Source: an uncultured Bacillota bacterium
GTDB lineage: Bacteria; Sysuimicrobiota; Sysuimicrobiia; Sysuimicrobiales; Segetimicrobiaceae
DNA: 64,000 nucleotides
Direction of reading: 5' to 3'
Assembly: GCA_963804645.1 (NCBI GenBank)
Contig: CAWDRG010000010.1
Span: forward strand, 64,001 to 128,000
A program made the position numbers and the translations under genes. Shown here one piece after another: positions 60,569 through 64,000 of this stretch. The notes below the pieces were generated by a model. It was given only the letters and a program-made list of their open reading frames with translations. It was not told the origin of the DNA and ran no database searches. Within the stretch, counting starts at the first letter, position 1; each line of letters starts with the position of its first letter.

Positions 60569-63500
60569 TTACGCGCCGCGGTACCGGCGCCGCATGTAGC
60601 CGCACAGCCCGAGCAGGCTTGTCCCGAACAGCACCAGCGTGCTGGGTTCGGGCACCGGGGAGACTCCTGGGCCGATCACCAGCGTCAGGCTGGTAGGCGC
60701 AAACACATCCGTGCACGTCGTGGGACACGCCCAGTTCGTCAGGTCCATGCTCGAGAAATTGCCGGTCGACGACGCGAACTCCATGAACGTGAAGCTGTCC
60801 CCGGGGATGGGCGTGAACCCGTTCACGGTCGTAAAGTCCACCGTGCCGGTGAGGGCCGCCACACCCGACACATCCAGCACGCTGAACTGCCCTGGGGCCG
60901 TCCCGCCGAGATCGATCGTCAGGGTTCCGCCCGGACCCTGCGTGTAGTTGCCCGTGTCGGTCAGCGTCGCGGGGTTGCCCGCGGCGAAGGGGTTCACGAA
61001 ACCGCCCGTGTTCTGGATGTTGCCGACAACCGTCCCGTCGCCCGACAGCGTGCCGCCCTGAATCGCGGTCACCGCCGCGTCGAGGCTGCCCCGCACCACG
61101 GTGCTGCCGCCCGTCTGCGTGTAGTTATTGCTGCTCGTTGAGAGGGTCTCGGTCTTTCCGACGGTGACGCTCCCGGCGCCGGCGTTCGTGAACCCACCGT
61201 TGGCGGCCAGCGTGTCGTTGCTCCCCTGCATGTTCACCGTCGCCGTTGTTGGTGGTCGCGCCCGTCACCGACACGTTGCTGTTCGAGCTCGGCGCGACGA
61301 ACGCGAGTGTCGCGCCGGCGATATTGTTGAACATGCCGGCCACGCTCACGCTATCGGAGGTAGCGCTGAGGGTCACCGACCCGCCGCTGAGATTGTTGAA
61401 GTCGCCGGTGTCGGTCACGGTATCGTTGTTGCCGCTCAGCGTGATCGGGCCCGAGTTGTCCAAATCCGCGGTCAGCGTGTTGCCGTTTCCGGCGATCGTG
61501 AGCGTCCCGGCGGTGGCGAGCTTGCCCGTGATGCCGATGTTGCCGTTCGTGCCGGTCATCGACAGCAGCCCGCCGACGTTATTGGTGAACGCACCGCCCA
61601 CCGTAACGGTGTTCATGTTCGCGGTCAGCGCGAGCCGCCCGCCGTTGTTGATCGTGAACGTACCCGTGGTCGTGAGCGTATCGCTGTTGCCGTTCAGATC
61701 GATGTTCGCCAGCGACATGCCGATCGACGGACCGGTCACCACCGAGGCCGCGCTCAGCGAGTTGGTGCTGCCGCCGAGGACGATCGAGCCCTGGTTCGTC
61801 AGCGCGCCGGTGACCGCGATGCTGCCGCCCGTCCCGTTCATCCCCACCGCCGCGCCGGCGGCCCCGACCCCGTTGTTGAAGGCGCCGCCCACGGTGATCC
61901 GGTTCCCGGTCCCGCTCGTCATGACGCTGCTGCCGAAGTTGGCGGTGAAATCGCCCAGGTCGGTCAGCGTATCGTTCGTGCCGCTGAGCGTGATGTCACC
62001 GGTATTCGTCACCGAGGCGACCGTCAGCGTATTGCTGGATCCGGCGAGCGTGACGTTGCCGAGGAACGCGTTGGTCAGCGCCCCCGTCACCGTGATGGCC
62101 CCGTTCGTGCCGTTCATCGCCACGTTCGCGTTGCCCTGGTTGTTGAAGGCCCCGGCCACGGTCACCGTGTTCGCGTTCGCGCTCAACGTGAGCGAGCCTG
62201 TCCCGAGCTGATTGTTGTTGAAATCACCCGCGGTCGAGAGCGTATCGGTGTTGCCGCCGAGCGTAATCGCGCCGTCGTTCTGCAGCGCTTGGGCCGAGGT
62301 GACGTTGAGCGCATTGCCGGTGCCCGTCAGATTGATCGTGCCGAAGTTCGTGAGCTGCCCGTTCAACGTGATGGTGCCGTTCGTGCCGCTCATCGCGACC
62401 GAGGCGCCGCCGCCGTTGTTGAACGCGCCGGTCACGGTCACCATGTTCGCGTTCGCGCTCAAGGTCAGCGAGCCGCCAGCGTTGTTGTTGAAGACGCCGG
62501 CGTCGGTCAGGGTGTCCCCGTTCGCGTTCAGGTTGATCGGGCCCGCGTTCGTCAGGTCCGCGCTGAGCGAGTCCCCGACGCCGTCGAGGTTGATCGTGCC
62601 GTTGTTGGTCAGCAGGCCCGAGATGCTGACCACGTTGTTCCCCGTGTCGCTCACGCCGTTGCCGGTGTCGAGCGTGCCGCCGTTGGTGAGATTCCCGGTC
62701 ACCGTGAGCGTCGAGGTCTCCTGCACGCTCATCGTCCCGCTGTTCGTCAGCGTGCCGCCGGTGGGGGTAATGCTCGTGTTCTCCCCGATGAGCTCCAGCG
62801 AGCCCTCGACGCTGCCGAGCTTGCGCCAGCGCGCTCGTCGACCCGTTCACCTCAAACGTCCCGGCCAGGATCAGCCCCGCGCCACTCGGAATATCCGTGA
62901 CGCCGTTCGGCTGATTGACCAGGTTCAGCGTCGCGCCGCCGGTGATGTCGAGCGTCCCGGCCGTCATCGTCAGCGAGTCGATCGTGATGCTCGGCGGCGT
63001 CGACGCGCTGCTGAGGGTCAGCAGGTTCCCCGGCGAGTTGAGCACCGCGTCAAACGTATTCGTCATGTTGTTGTTCGGGATACACGTCGTGACCGTCGGG
63101 CTGCAGGACCACTCCGACGCGGTCGTCCAGTTGCCGGAGCCGGTCGACCACGTGGCGGTGACGGCCCCGGTCCCCACGGACGACACCGCGTCGAGGATGA
63201 CGTCCGTCGGGTTGTACGCGATCGTCCAGTTCACCCCGTCCAGTGCGAAGCCGCTCGACGGGGCGTTCGCGAACGTCCCCGACACCGTACCGCCCGGGTC
63301 GTTCAGGATCGTGAACATGTTGCCGACCGGGTTGAACCCATTCAGCAGCGAGATGCCGAGCTGCGAGCTGGCGCCAAGGGTCGCGTTCCCGCTCGTCAGG
63401 CTGAGCGCTCCAAAGTTCGCGGCGCTCGCGATCTGCGTGCTGAAGGTGCCGCCCGTCTGATTGTAGTTCCCGTTGACCGTCAGCGTACCGGGTGTGCCCG

Positions 63501-64000
63501 GCGCGCCCGGCTGGACCGTGCCCGCGGACACCGTCACGGGACCGTTGACCGTCCCGGTGCCCTGCAGCGTCCCGCCGTTGATGCCCACGCTCGCCGCCGC
63601 CAGCGTGCCGTTCACGGTCGTCGTCCCGCCGGACTGCGTGTAGTTCTTCGTGCCGCCGGCGCCGTCGTTGAAGGTGCTGCCGGATCCGACGGTCACAGTC
63701 CCCGGCGTTCGCGAAGTCGGCGCTCGTCGTGAAGACCCGGCCGCCGGTGACCGTGAAGCTCGATCCGATCGTCGTGTTGGCCGCCAGGGTCGACAGCGCG
63801 TCGAGGCCCGACTGCATCCACCACGTTCGAGTTCACGCCGTTCAACGTGATGTTCGCCGCGTTGTTCACCACTTCCCCGCCCGTGGTGCCGAACGAGGCG
63901 ACCTGCAGCGTGCCCGGCGAGAGTCGTGGTCCCGTTCACGATGTACGTGCCGCCCGTCAGCGTGTTGCCGCTGAAGTTTGCGAGCGGCGTCCCCGCGACC
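60569..64000 (-). CDS. Very large beta-helix-type repetitive surface protein with a C-terminal PEP-CTERM signal (5' end outside the window; several frameshifts)
   Basis: VPEPSTLVLFGTSLLGLCGYMRRR. Gly/Asn/Thr-rich strand repeats continue across frames, with breaks near 61240, 62830, 63700, 63815 and 63920. Confidence 0.85.

Overview
A very GC-rich (~70% by eye) bacterial window, densely coding on both strands. It is probably from a diderm (it encodes a PEP-CTERM protein) and probably from an error-prone long-read assembly (about 16 apparent single-base frameshifts in otherwise intact genes). I found no rRNA, tRNA, CRISPR array, transposase or integrase. Most of the content is scavenging and catabolism: three family-5 ABC binding proteins (two with permeases, none with an ATPase), D-aminopeptidases, two D-cysteine desulfhydrase-like PLP enzymes, aldolases, and enolase-family and Gfo/Idh/MocA enzymes. 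It also holds a Fur/PerR-VIT pair and an mntR-mntH pair, both with readable promoters and operators, and an ECF42-type sigma factor with YciI. The most interesting items are: (1) a Rieske ferredoxin plus a D-x-H amidohydrolase plus an ABC importer, resembling an amidohydrolase-related dinuclear (Mn/Fe or Fe/Fe) oxygenase of unknown substrate; (2) a molybdoenzyme complex with no Tat signal and a fused FeS-NrfD subunit; (3) an orphan ~720-aa PilX-like pilin with 24 mostly paired cysteines; (4) a decayed duplicate of a thioredoxin-like gene 3' end, split by an AT-rich SRPBCC cassette; and (5) a very large repetitive PEP-CTERM surface protein. All calls come from reading motifs by eye; no database searches were run.
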